Notes under the pieces: generated by a model
What the model saw: only the letters and a program-made list of their open reading frames with translations
Database searches by the model: none
Told to the model about the DNA's origin: nothing
Source of the DNA: a virus
Direction: 5' to 3' (one strand)
Virus record (IMG/VR): IMGVR_UViG_3300029839_000006
Length of the DNA: 38,491 bases
Program-made: the position numbers and the translations under genes
Shown here: one piece after another, positions 17,156-26,624 of the stretch
Numbering within the stretch: position 1 is the first letter of the stretch
How the letters are laid out: each line of letters opens with the position of its first letter

Positions 17156-17893
17156 TCACATGACCACCGCCCTGCACCGGCCGAACTGCTCAATGGCCGC
17201 GTCGACCTCCGGCAGGCCCGTCGCGCCGTCGCGCCCGGCGAGCGTGTAGCGGATGAAGCCCGCGTCGGTGGCCTCGCCCGTGGCCCTCTCGGGCGTGGCC
17301 GACGGCCGCAGGTAGTAGGCCGCGAGACGCAGGACGGCCTCGCTCACGCGCTCCGGCACCTCGGTGAGGCCGTAGCGGTAGCGGATGGTCGCGCGCCCCT
17401 CGGGGCCGACCGCCTGGCAGTCGCTCACGAGCGACCAGCCTGGGGTGAGGACCTCGGCCACGTCGTTGTGGTCGAGCCAGACGAAGCCGCCGCCGAAGGT
17501 CTCCGTGACGCCCATCTGCTGCACGAAGCTGCGCCCCGCGTTGCGCTCGAACGTCTCGGTGGCCGCCTGCCGCGCGGCCCAGAACTCCTCCTCGGTCACG
17601 TCGGAGAAGTCGTCGGTGTCGTCCATGCCCTTTAGCTGCTCGAGCCTGAAGTAGTGGCGCGTGACCACAGCGAGGAACGTGGTGAACAGCAGGTCGTCAC
17701 CGCTGTACCAGTTGATTCGCACGGAATCGGGGGCCGCGATGCGCGGGAGCTTCAGCTTTCCGTCCTCGAGCCTGTACTCGAGTGACGTTCCGCTGCCCAA
17801 AAGGAGGGCCGCGCGGTCGGGCGCGGCCTCCGTCTCAAGTGTCAGCTCGTCCGTGTAGGCGACGCGCAGCGTGCTGTAGGGCTGGACGAGCAC
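17156..17893 (-). CDS. Head-tail connector / adaptor protein (245 aa).
   Basis: GTG at 17893 with a GGAGGAG RBS. The N-terminal 125 aa of the track ORF is Arg-rich shadow frame overlapping the 88-aa gene. Confidence 0.45.
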   Translation of the reverse strand: MLVQPYSTLRVAYTDELTLETEAAPDRAALLLGSGTSLEYRLEDGKLKLPRIAAPDSVRINWYSGDDLLFTTFLAVVTRHYFRLEQLKGMDDTDDFSDVTEEEFWAARQAATETFERNAGRSFVQQMGVTETFGGGFVWLDHNDVAEVLTPGWSLVSDCQAVGPEGRATIRYRYGLTEVPERVSEAVLRLAAYYLRPSATPERATGEATDAGFIRYTLAGRDGATGLPEVDAAIEQFGRCRAVVM

Positions 17894-17895
17894 CG

Positions 17896-18162
17896 CTACT
17901 CCTCCTCGTCGTCGTAGAGGTCGGCCTCGAGGAGCGCCAGAAGCTCTTCCTTCTTGGCCGCCTTGGGGTACTCGATGCCCTCGGCGTCGAGCTTGGCCTT
18001 GATCTCCTTGACGGTGAGGTCCTCGGCCTGCGGATCGGGGGCCTTCACGGCCTCGATGGCGAGGCCGCGTCGCACGGCCTCGTCGGCGGACATGACTTCG
18101 CCCTCGAAGGCGATCAGGTGGCCGTCGCGCACGACGCGCTTGGGTGAGGTGTAGGTCTCCAT
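17896..18162 (-). CDS. Small acidic protein with a HeH/SAP-like (Rho-N-like) motif (88 aa).
   Basis: LTVKEIKAKLDAEGIEYPKAAKKEELLALL motif. Follows the capsid gene. Confidence 0.5.
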   Translation of the reverse strand: METYTSPKRVVRDGHLIAFEGEVMSADEAVRRGLAIEAVKAPDPQAEDLTVKEIKAKLDAEGIEYPKAAKKEELLALLEADLYDDEEE

Positions 18163-18171
18163 GGCTCCCCC

Positions 18172-19275
18172 TTACGCCGCTGCGGTGTCGAGGTTCGTCT
18201 TGGAGGCGTAGCAGAAGGCGTCGGGGTAGCGGACCTGCAGCGCCTTGGTGTGCTCGGCACGGATGCACAGCTCGTTGTGGATGAACTGGTCGTTGATGCG
18301 GTCGACGTCGACCGTGGTGCCGTGGATGGAGCGGCGCTCTGCTGCGTAGGAGTCGTACACGAGCAGGCCATCGCAGTTCGGGTCTTCCACGACCTTCATG
18401 CCCCAGAGCACGTCGCCGGTGATGGACTGGTACAGGCCGGTCTCGGTCTTGTACAGGTCGATTTCCTGCTTGATGATCGGGGAGACGAGCACGTGGGTCG
18501 GGACGCGCTTGGCGGTCAGCATGACCTTGGTGCGCATCTTGCGGATGGCCTCGTAGTACAGGCCGCCGACGTGCTCCTCGAACTCGAGGATGCCGGTGGT
18601 GTTCTTGATGCCGACGATGCCGGTGGAGTTGTTGCCGCTGAACATGTGGTCGTCGGTGACGCCGTTCAGGTCGAGCAGGAGGTCGTGCTGGATGATGCTC
18701 AAGAGCTCGTCGTAGTCCTTGAGCGTGTCCTCCGAGACGGGGACGTATCCGGCGAGGGTCTCCTTGTTGGCCACGGCGTCCTTGTAGGAGTACAGGACCT
18801 TGGCCTTGGCTGCGGAGGTGCCATCGACCACGCCGCCCCAGGTGGCGGGCATGCCCGTCTGCGTGGAGCGCTGCTTATAGGTGACGGAGCCGGTTGCGGG
18901 GGTCTCGCGCAGCGTGTCGGCGAAGCTGCCGAACAGGCTGTCGGGCTTCGGGTCGAGGGTCAGCTCGATCTCGGTGGGCGCGCCGACGGTGACGACGGTG
19001 GCCTCGTTCTTGAAGCCGCGGTAGAGGCCTCGGAACTCGTCGCGCGGGCCGAGGATGCGCTCGGCGAAGGACGCCTTGGGCGTGTGGACCTTGGGGGCGG
19101 GCGCGTTGCGTGCGGCGTCCTCCTCCTCGATGACGTGCTCGAGGGTCAGGTCGAGCTGCTGAATCTGGCCCTCGATGATGAGGGCCTTGTTCTGGTCGCC
19201 GGAATCGGCGGCCTTGTGCTGCTCCTCGGCGAGGCGGCTGCGCTCCTGCCAGAGCTGCTTGGAATTGAGCGGCAT
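18172..19275 (-). CDS. Major capsid protein, HK97 fold (367 aa).
   Basis: Follows the prohead protease. N-terminal coiled-coil delta-like region, then the HK97-type body (…TGDVLWGMKVVEDPN…). Confidence 0.8.
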   Translation of the reverse strand: MPLNSKQLWQERSRLAEEQHKAADSGDQNKALIIEGQIQQLDLTLEHVIEEEDAARNAPAPKVHTPKASFAERILGPRDEFRGLYRGFKNEATVVTVGAPTEIELTLDPKPDSLFGSFADTLRETPATGSVTYKQRSTQTGMPATWGGVVDGTSAAKAKVLYSYKDAVANKETLAGYVPVSEDTLKDYDELLSIIQHDLLLDLNGVTDDHMFSGNNSTGIVGIKNTTGILEFEEHVGGLYYEAIRKMRTKVMLTAKRVPTHVLVSPIIKQEIDLYKTETGLYQSITGDVLWGMKVVEDPNCDGLLVYDSYAAERRSIHGTTVDVDRINDQFIHNELCIRAEHTKALQVRYPDAFCYASKTNLDTAAA

Positions 19276-19277
19276 GC

Positions 19278-19964
19278 TTACTCCTTACGGTAGACGTGGT
19301 TGCCGAGGAGGACGAAGCCCTCCTCGCTCCGGGCGACTGTATCCACGGCGTGAGATTTTTCGAACGCGTCGGCGGGTGCGTGCTTGAAGCGGCCCATGAG
19401 CGTGCGGTCGAGCGCGTCCGCCACGCGCTTCTCGGTGGCCACCTTCTCGTCGACGAGGCCGAGTTCGAGCGCCTCGTCGGCCGTATACCACGTCTCCTCG
19501 TCCATGGCCTTCTTGACGTCGGCCAGCTCCATGCCGGAGCGCGAGGAGATGATTCCGGCGATGGTGGAGTCGAGCGCGGCGAGCTGCGCGACGACGTCGG
19601 CAAGCTCCTGCGCGTTGCCCTGCGCGTAGGTCCATGCGTCGTGGATCATCAGCTGGGCGAAGCTGCTCATGACGACCTTGTCGGCCATCATTGCGATATA
19701 GGAGGCCGCCGATGCGGCGATGCCGTCGATGTGCGCCGTGGTCTCGCCCTTGTAGCGCTGGATGGCCGAGGCGATGGCGAAGCCCTCGTACACGTCGCCG
19801 CCCAGGGAGTCGATGCGGATGTCGACGGGCTTGCCCTTCAGGCCGTCAAGCTCCTTGGCGAAGTTCTTGGCCGTGTTGGACTCCTCGGAGGACCAGAAGT
19901 CGCTGCCGATGGTGCCGTAGAGGTACACGGTGGCCTTCTCGGCCTCATTCTTGATTCGGAACAT
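19278..19964 (-). CDS. Prohead (head maturation) protease, ClpP family.
   Basis: Motifs DIRIDSLGGDVYEG, ASAASYIAM and MIHDAW are typical of ClpP-like serine proteases. Confidence 0.8.
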   Translation of the reverse strand: MFRIKNEAEKATVYLYGTIGSDFWSSEESNTAKNFAKELDGLKGKPVDIRIDSLGGDVYEGFAIASAIQRYKGETTAHIDGIAASAASYIAMMADKVVMSSFAQLMIHDAWTYAQGNAQELADVVAQLAALDSTIAGIISSRSGMELADVKKAMDEETWYTADEALELGLVDEKVATEKRVADALDRTLMGRFKHAPADAFEKSHAVDTVARSEEGFVLLGNHVYRKE

Positions 19965-21240
19965 TCGTTGCCCCTTCCTGCGTGCCGTCGGCGGTGCCGC
20001 CCGGCTTGTCTGCGTTGAATACGTTCACGGTGCCGTCGTCGTTGACGGTTCCGTAGTTGAGCGGGAACAGCGGCTGGTCGATGCCCTCGACGGGTTCCAT
20101 GTCCTCGAGGTCGCGCACGTCCGCGCGGGTGATCGCGCCGAAGTAGCCGAGCTCGCGGTAGTACTGTGTGCGCGCCGCGTCGTCCCCTCGCATGAGGCCG
20201 TTCAGCTTGAACTTGGCCTTGGTGTTGCGCTGGTAGCAGGCGTCGAGGACCGGCTGCAGCGCCATCTCGAGGTCGCGCACGTCCGGCGTGATGGTGTCGG
20301 TCACGTAGTCGATTCGCATCTGCTGGCCGCCGTTGTACGTGGCCCCCTCGCTGTCGTAGACCTTCCACGGGGGCACGTTGCAGGCGCGGCAGACCTGATG
20401 GAGCACCCATTTCTGCTGCTCGATGACGGAGGCGTCCTTCATCGTCTGCTGGTCCGTCACCCACTTGGCCCCGTAGCCGAAGATGGGCGCGCGGCCCGCC
20501 TCCGTGACGCCGCTCTTGGCGTCCACGGCGGCGCGGAGTGCCTTCAGGTCCTTCTCGTCCATGCGGCCCTCGGGCACCTCGACGTGGCCGAGCTGGTGGT
20601 TTCCGTTGTGGAGCATGGAGCGGTAGAAGCGCTCGAGGTCGATGGACAGGCCGATCTCCTCGGCCGCGAGGCGCGCGAGGGAGATGCCCCTCACGCCGTC
20701 CTTGGTCATGTGCGTGGAGATGTTCACGACCTCGTCCGGGTAGTACCAACCGGCGGGCACGTGGTCGTCACCGGGGGAGACGTAGTAGCGCGTGCGCCTG
20801 CCCCTGGGCGCGTACTTGTCGTAGTCGTGCATCACGCTGGCCGTGATGGGCCAGATCGCCACCGGCTTGCCCTTGAACCACTCGACGTACCAGTAGGCGT
20901 TGCCGAAGGTGTCGCGGCGCAGCACGGTCCAGTCCATGAGCTTCGCGGCGGTCATCTCCTCGTTGGCCATGCCGTTTAGAATCTTGGCCAGCGGGTGGTT
21001 GTCGAGCCGCTTGTGGCCGTCGCGCCCGGCCTGCATCACCGAGAAGGGCAGGCTGGCCATGCTGCGCGCCTTGGTCTGCTCGCAGGCGGCGAAGTCGATG
21101 GACATGAGCGCGCCGTAGCCCGCAGGCGAGGCGAAACCGGGAGGCAGCGTGACGTGCACGACGCCCTCGGGCTGAACCGGCTCCCTCTTGTAGAACATGT
21201 CGTAGAAACGTCCCATACGTCCCCTTTCTGTCGGGGGCAT
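19945..21240 (-). CDS. Portal protein (HK97 family), 431 aa.
   Basis: Size and position after TerL. Portal-like sequence features (…YWYVEWFKGKPVAIWPI…). Confidence 0.8.
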   Translation of the reverse strand: MPPTERGRMGRFYDMFYKREPVQPEGVVHVTLPPGFASPAGYGALMSIDFAACEQTKARSMASLPFSVMQAGRDGHKRLDNHPLAKILNGMANEEMTAAKLMDWTVLRRDTFGNAYWYVEWFKGKPVAIWPITASVMHDYDKYAPRGRRTRYYVSPGDDHVPAGWYYPDEVVNISTHMTKDGVRGISLARLAAEEIGLSIDLERFYRSMLHNGNHQLGHVEVPEGRMDEKDLKALRAAVDAKSGVTEAGRAPIFGYGAKWVTDQQTMKDASVIEQQKWVLHQVCRACNVPPWKVYDSEGATYNGGQQMRIDYVTDTITPDVRDLEMALQPVLDACYQRNTKAKFKLNGLMRGDDAARTQYYRELGYFGAITRADVRDLEDMEPVEGIDQPLFPLNYGTVNDDGTVNVFNADKPGGTADGTQEGATNVPNQE

Positions 21241-21258
21241 CGTATGGGCCGCGTGAGA

Positions 21259-22731
21259 TTAGCTGACGGGCACGTAGGACTCCGTGCCGCTCACCAGCTT
21301 GTCATATGCGAGGGCCGCTATCGCCAGCGCGATGGCCGCGTCGATTTTGGACTTCTTGGAGTCCTTGCCGAAGCGCATGCCGTACGGCTCGCGCTCCATC
21401 TCGACGGTGTTGGCCAGGTGCGCGCGGAGCTTGGGGCACCCGCGCAGGCGCAGCTCGCCCGCCTTGACCTCGTTCACGACGATTGACGTCGCCTGGCACA
21501 TCGTGGCGTTGTTCTGCGGGAACGAGACCGTCTCTATCCCGTACACGTCGCGCAGGCGCGAGTTCATGACGATCAGGCGGTTTGGGTCTATTCCAACGAC
21601 CTGCGGCCAGTGCTCCGAGCACAGCCCGGCGATGAGCTGGGTTATCTGCTCGAAGTCGTAGTGGCCCGTCTCCTCGTCGGGCGTGTCGAACACCCACTCC
21701 TTGGTGAGGCAGACGGTCTTCCCCTTCTTGGTCTTGCGCTTCTGGTACGCCACTATTGCGAAACTGTCGCCCGCCGTTGCGCCGTCGATTCCGAGCGTCC
21801 AGGGCTTTGTGAAGTCGAACCTGTTGGTGCCGCGCTCGCAGCGGTCGAGCTGCGGTGCCTTGAAGACCGAGTAGGCGTCGTTGTCCTTCGGGAATCGGTT
21901 GGCCGTGTAGCGCTCGAACTGGCGGGCGGACGCGGCCATGCCCCTCTGGTCCTCGATGCTCTCCCACGTGACCCACGAGGCCACCATGATCTTCTCCCAG
22001 TCGGCGCGCTTCTCGATGTCGTCGTCATCGTCGAGGCCGAGCCAGTACAGGTACATGCCGGGGTCTCGGCGCGCCTTGTCGCTGTACATCTCCCAGAGGA
22101 AACCCTCGCGCTTGTCCCCGGCCGTGGTGATTCCCACGGTGAGCGGGTTCCACAGGACCTTCTGGCCCTTGACCCCGGCGTCCCAGACCTTCGAGTCCGG
22201 GTAGGTGTGCAACTCGTCGAATATCAGGAAGTTGAAGTGCCACGATTCCAGCGCGTCCGCCGTGTTCGGCAGAATCATGATTTTCGCGTTGGTCTCCTTG
22301 TGCGTGATGATGTTCTTCCCGATGTCCCACTGCTCGCGCCACGTCGGGTTGAGCTTGATCATCGTGCAGATCTTCTCGTAGACGTTGCGAATCTGGTCCT
22401 TGGAGGATGCAACCATCCCGTACTGGCCGTTGTGTACCGGCTCCATCGTGGCCACGGTGAGGAGGATTCCGGCGCACGTCTCGGACTTGCCGTAGCCGGA
22501 GGGCAGGCCGATGATGGCGCGGCGGTACTTGCGCTTGAAGCCCCTGGCGGTCATTTTCCCCGAGGCGAAGAGCGGTTTCCAGATATTCTCGCGCTGGAAC
22601 TCCTCAAGATAGAAGGGCTGCGCGTAGTAGGAGTCGTTGGCGACGTGGCGGCACATCGAGGTGAAGCAGCGCTCGTAGTCGCGCGCCATGACGAGGCCCT
22701 CGCGCGAGTATCTAGTCGGCGTCCGATACAT
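21259..22731 (-). CDS. terL: Terminase large subunit (490 aa).
   Basis: Walker A-like GLPSGYGKSE and a C-terminal nuclease region. Follows TerS. Confidence 0.85.
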   Translation of the reverse strand: MYRTPTRYSREGLVMARDYERCFTSMCRHVANDSYYAQPFYLEEFQRENIWKPLFASGKMTARGFKRKYRRAIIGLPSGYGKSETCAGILLTVATMEPVHNGQYGMVASSKDQIRNVYEKICTMIKLNPTWREQWDIGKNIITHKETNAKIMILPNTADALESWHFNFLIFDELHTYPDSKVWDAGVKGQKVLWNPLTVGITTAGDKREGFLWEMYSDKARRDPGMYLYWLGLDDDDDIEKRADWEKIMVASWVTWESIEDQRGMAASARQFERYTANRFPKDNDAYSVFKAPQLDRCERGTNRFDFTKPWTLGIDGATAGDSFAIVAYQKRKTKKGKTVCLTKEWVFDTPDEETGHYDFEQITQLIAGLCSEHWPQVVGIDPNRLIVMNSRLRDVYGIETVSFPQNNATMCQATSIVVNEVKAGELRLRGCPKLRAHLANTVEMEREPYGMRFGKDSKKSKIDAAIALAIAALAYDKLVSGTESYVPVS

Positions 22732-23257
22732 CCACTACCTCCGCTGGCAGCTCGTAGGCCGCGTCGATGGAACGGAACATGGACGCCGTGTCCGCTGCGG
22801 TCTTGACGGTCGTGGCGTCCATGAGGCCGATGCGCGAGCGCGCGAGCGGCGACAGGCCGAGCATGTCGGACAGGGCGCGAATCTCGCTCGATGCCTCCTT
22901 GAGGATTGTCAGTGCCGGGTTCTTGCGCACGAGCGGGACCTCCCTCCCATCCGGTGTCTTGTACGGCTTCACGCCGATCTTGTCGAAGATGTTTATGCGG
23001 CCGTCCTCGCTGTGGATGGCCTGCTGCGCCTGCTCGGCCACGGCGTGCCAGTAGGTGAGGAGGCGCAGGGTCGGTATGTCCTGCTCGGAGAAGTTGTTCA
23101 CCGGCGGGCACAGCCATGCCCATATCTCGCTCTGGACGGGGTCGAGGGCGATGTCCTCGGGCATGAGGACTCCGGCTGCGTCGGTCTTCGCCGCGAGCCC
23201 GTATGCGTCGGTTATCCCGCGCCGGATGGCGTCGTGCTTCGGCTTGGCACCCTTCAC
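22712..23257 (-). CDS. terS: Terminase small subunit, P27 family (181 aa).
   Basis: P27-family signature …LLTYWHAV…NPALTILKEASSEIRALSDMLGLSPLARSRIG…. ATGA overlap with the upstream gene. Confidence 0.75.
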   Translation of the reverse strand: MKGAKPKHDAIRRGITDAYGLAAKTDAAGVLMPEDIALDPVQSEIWAWLCPPVNNFSEQDIPTLRLLTYWHAVAEQAQQAIHSEDGRINIFDKIGVKPYKTPDGREVPLVRKNPALTILKEASSEIRALSDMLGLSPLARSRIGLMDATTVKTAADTASMFRSIDAAYELPAEVVDVSDAD

Positions 23258-23553
23258 AGGCCCTCACCCCGCAGCGCGTCCTCCATCTTCTTCGCGGCCT
23301 TCTTCAGGGATAGGCACAGCGGGGCGGCGGTCATGAGGGAGGCGCGGGACATATCCGAGGCGGCGACGTGCGCGCGCTGGATGACCTCGAGCACCTCGTC
23401 GTCGCTCATGGCGGCGTTTGGTGCCGGTGCCTGAAGCTCGCCCACGTAGGCGTAGCCCCTGTATGCGTGGCTGCGGCACGTCGAGCAGCAGAAGCGGGCG
23501 GTGCTCCTCTTCGCCTGGAACTCGCGCCCGCATGACTCGCATCTCTTTATCAA
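23254..23553 (-). CDS. Small zinc-ribbon protein (~99 aa); start uncertain (TTG at 23553 or ATG at 23601).
   Basis: CESCG…CCSTC Cys motif. The TTG overlaps the MTase stop as TTGA. Confidence 0.4.
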   Translation of the reverse strand: MIKRCESCGREFQAKRSTARFCCSTCRSHAYRGYAYVGELQAPAPNAAMSDDEVLEVIQRAHVAASDMSRASLMTAAPLCLSLKKAAKKMEDALRGEGL

Positions 23554-24880
23554 ACTTCCCCCGTCTCGAGGACCGCCTCGCGGCCCGTCATGTTCTCCCA
23601 TCTCGTTATGATCACGTCGCAGTAGTGCGGGTCTAGCTCCATGCACAGGCACCTGCGGCCCATCTGCTCGGCCGCTATCACGGAGGTACCGCTGCCGCCG
23701 AACGGGTCGAGCACCGTCTCGCCCTTGCGGCTCGAGTTGCGCATCTGATATGCGAACAGCTTTACCGGCTTCATTGTCGGATGGTCCTCGTTGCGCGACG
23801 GCTTGTCGTAGTGGAGCACGTCCGTCGCCACGCTGTCGCCGGACATCGCCTCGACCATCTCGATGAGTTCGGCCTTGCTCATCTTGTGCGGGTCTTTGCC
23901 GAGGTCCTCGTAGACCGTCGACTCGGAGCGGCTGTCCGTGAAGTAGTGCGCTGCTCCGGGTTTCCATCCGTAGAGGCATCCCTCATGACGCCACTGGTAG
24001 TCCTGATGGCCGAGTACGAATGTGTTCTTGACCCATATAAGCATCTGCTTGCACATGATTCCGGCGCGCGCGAGGGCCGAGGCGAACGCTGGCATGTGCA
24101 TCACCGCGAGCCACGTGTAGACCGCGCCGCCTTCCTTCAGATGGGGCACGGCCGCGTTCAGCGCTGTGTGCAGGAACTCCTCGAATTGCTCCTCGTCTTC
24201 GAACTCGTCGTTGTCGATTACGAGGCCGTCCGTTCTGCGCTGGAGCTGTTTTTTCTCCGATGGCCTCATATGCTGGCCGAGCGCGACGTTATATGGCGGG
24301 TCGGTCAAGATCATGTCCGCGAGACCCCCCCGCATAGCTTCTCGACGTCTTCCGGGCATGTTGAGTCCCCGCACATCACGCGGTGGTTTCCCAAAACGAA
24401 GACGTCGCCGCGCTTCGCCCTGCAGATGGTGACCTCCGGCTCGGGGTCGTCCTCCTCCACGGCGCTTAGGCCGTCCGGCTCAAGCTCCTCGGAGAAGCCG
24501 AAGTCGCCCATGTCGAATTCGTCCGCGAGGACGTCCAGCTCGTAGGCGAGGAGGTCCTCGTCCCACCCGGTCATCATGGTCGTCTGGTTGTCGACGAGCG
24601 TGAGCGCGCGCCTCTGGGCATCGCTTAGGTCGTCGCACGCGACGCACGGGACCTTCTTCATCCCGAGGTTCTTCGCGGCGGTGATTCGCGCGTGCCCGGC
24701 CACGACTTCCGGCAGGCCGTCCGCGTTTCGCCAGACGATAACGGGGTTTCTGAAGCCGAACTCCTTGATTGACGCCTCGACGGCGTCTATCTGCTCCCGC
24801 GTGTGCTTCTTGGCGTTGTTCTCGTACGGAACGAGCGAGTCGATCTCGATTTCCTCGATTTTCAGGTCGTTTTCGCGCAT
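23550..24880 (-). pseudogene. ParB-like nuclease domain fused to a DNA methyltransferase (beta class). The frame is interrupted at a G7/C7 homopolymer (24324-24330).
   Basis: The upstream frame (24311-24880) has a ParB N-domain (…IEIDSLVPYENNAKKHT…) and MTase motif X, ending …CGDSTCPEDVEKLCGGVSRT*. The downstream frame (23550-24374) continues …GGLADMILTDPPYNV (motif IV) and FGGSGTS (motif I). One extra G restores KLCGGGLADMILTDPPYN. Confidence 0.75.
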
Positions 24881-25123
24881 TTCTTGCGTCCCCTTCCGGC
24901 GTGTCGTGATGGGGAGCATAGGCGCGCCGTGAGATTTAGCGTTGCGATTTGCCCTCGCCTTGGCGTTGCACCGAACCCCCCCGGCCTCCAATTTCGTGGC
25001 GAAACGCGGGGGATAGGGGCGCGCGGGGTAGGGGGAAAGAAACCCGATTTTCCGAGGGGGTAGGGGGTCGTGCATAAAAAAGGGGTGCAGCCCTGTCCGA
25101 GGCCACACCCTTGTGCATAAAAG
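24881..25123. promoter_or_regulatory. 243-bp noncoding region with three GGGG(G)(A)TAGGGG(G) repeats (a G-quadruplex motif), a C7 run and two GTGCATAAAA repeats; candidate cos/packaging or regulatory region.
   Basis: Repeats at 25008-25019, 25025-25035 and 25056-25067. GTGCATAAAA at 25070 and 25113. Lies between the HNH endonuclease and the MTase. Confidence 0.4.
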
Positions 25124-25504
25124 CTATCTGTTCGCCGCCCTGCGTGCATCATCGCGCTTCTTGTGGCAGCTCTTGCACCGCAGCGTGAGGTTCTCCACCT
25201 CGCTGCCGCCGCCCTCGCACAGCGCGCGGCCGTGGTCCACCTCGCCGCCCATGCCCGCCGTGTACCAGCGGCCGTCGCGGTACTCCGCGCACACCCTGCC
25301 GCAGTCGGCGCACCTGCCCAGCTGCCTGCCGATGGCCCTCTGCCTCGCCTTGCGGTACGCGCTCGACGAGTACTCGGAGCGCCATGGCTCGCGCTCGGCC
25401 CTCGTGGCGTCACCCTCCGTCGGCCTGCGCTTGGGCCTCGGCCTGCACGGACAGCGCTGGCCCTCGGGGTGCGTGCGGCCGCAGTGCGGGCAGTACACGC
25501 TCAC
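25124..25504 (-). CDS. HNH endonuclease (126 aa), terminase-associated type.
   Basis: …CADCGR…EVDHGRALCEGGGSEVENLTLRCKSCHKKR… GTG start with a GGGAGG RBS, overlapping the upstream stop as GTGA. Confidence 0.7.
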   Translation of the reverse strand: MSVYCPHCGRTHPEGQRCPCRPRPKRRPTEGDATRAEREPWRSEYSSSAYRKARQRAIGRQLGRCADCGRVCAEYRDGRWYTAGMGGEVDHGRALCEGGGSEVENLTLRCKSCHKKRDDARRAANR

Positions 25505-25671
25505 AGCTCGCGCCTCCCGCTCTCGGCCTTGGCCTTGGCGGCCACGCCCAGGCTGATGCTGCGGCCCGCCTGGAATATCTCCAGCGGCGTGAGGCCCAGC
25601 AGCTTGAACGCCTCCAGCGCTGCCGTGATTCCCTGCTCGACCCTGTGCTGGCTGTACTGTTCCTTGTCCAT
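25501..25671 (-). CDS. Small hypothetical protein (56 aa: MDKEQYSQHRVEQGITAALEAFKLLGLTPLEIFQAGRSISLGVAAKAKAESGRREL), not in the track.
   Basis: ATG at 25671. Its stop overlaps the HNH GTG start. Non-biased composition. Confidence 0.4.
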   Translation of the reverse strand: MDKEQYSQHRVEQGITAALEAFKLLGLTPLEIFQAGRSISLGVAAKAKAESGRREL

Positions 25672-25907
25672 CTATCCCACTCCAATCGCCGCCGACAGCG
25701 CCAGCAGCATCTTGAACATTACGGCCACCGCCGCCGCGTCTATGGCGAGGCAGGCCGCGATGATGAGCAGGCATCCGCCCGCCCTCTTCCAGTCGATCAT
25801 GTGTCCCTCCTATAGTGCCATGAATGCGAGCAGGAGGAGCCCTGCGGCGAGGGCGCGGACCGTCCACGCCCATGCCGCCAGCAGGGCCGCCGCCAAAAGG
25901 GCCAGCG

Positions 25908-26198
25908 CTAGTAGCTCTCGAAGGTCTCGCACGCCGCCTCCTGCATGTCCCTCATGTGGTTCGGTATCCACTCGAGCGCCCACATCGCCCCGAAGCTAGA
26001 GTTCTCGGCGTCGCCGGTGCCGAACTCCTCGGCGTACGCCCGGTCGAACTCGACCTCGCAGATACCGTAGTCGCAGCAGCACTCGACCATGCGCTTGCAC
26101 TCGGCGCACGTTGGCTTGACCTCGCCGAAGTGCCTGTCGATTGCCGCGTCGGTGCACCCGTCCGGGAGGTTGTATCCAGGCTCACAACTGGCGGCCAA
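25908..26198 (-). CDS. Cys-rich hypothetical protein (96 aa).
   Basis: CAECKRMVECCCDYGICE. Plausible composition. Confidence 0.45.
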   Translation of the reverse strand: MAASCEPGYNLPDGCTDAAIDRHFGEVKPTCAECKRMVECCCDYGICEVEFDRAYAEEFGTGDAENSSFGAMWALEWIPNHMRDMQEAACETFESY

Positions 26199-26349
26199 GG
26201 CGGGTCACCTCCTCGCACCACGCCTCGCGCCCGTAGGTCTCGATGAACCAGTGCGCGTCGTCCTTGATCTCCTCCAGCGGGTTGTCCATCTCCTCGACCT
26301 CGCTGTCGGGGATGTCCACCACGTTGACCTCGGTTATCTCGAATCGCAT
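26182..26349 (-). CDS. Small acidic hypothetical protein (55 aa).
   Basis: ATG at 26349. MRFEITEVNVVDIPDSEVEEMDNPLEEIKDDAHWFIETYGREAWCEEVTRLGRQL. Confidence 0.4.
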   Translation of the reverse strand: MRFEITEVNVVDIPDSEVEEMDNPLEEIKDDAHWFIETYGREAWCEEVTRLGRQL

Positions 26350-26624
26350 GTCTGCTCCTCTCCGGGCGTGATGCCCAGCTCCTTCGCTATTCCCTCGGCG
26401 ATGATGCGAGCGGCCTCCCTCGCCACCGCCTTGCTGCTCTCCATCCGGCCGACTGTGTATGCGCGCTCGATCATGTCCTGCGCGGCGCGCTCCATGGCCG
26501 TGTCGTCGTATCCCCGGCAGACCCTGTGCTCCTTGAGGTACGTGTGGGCGCGGTCCTGCGGCCTCGTCTCGTCGTAGCGGAACACATAGTTGCAGTCCTC
26601 GAGGATGTCCTCCATCGTGTCCAT
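26334..26624 (-). CDS. Hypothetical protein (96 aa).
   Basis: ATG at 26624 with a GGAGGTGG RBS, overlapping the Lar-like stop as ATGA. Confidence 0.45.
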   Translation of the reverse strand: MDTMEDILEDCNYVFRYDETRPQDRAHTYLKEHRVCRGYDDTAMERAAQDMIERAYTVGRMESSKAVAREAARIIAEGIAKELGITPGEEQTCDSR

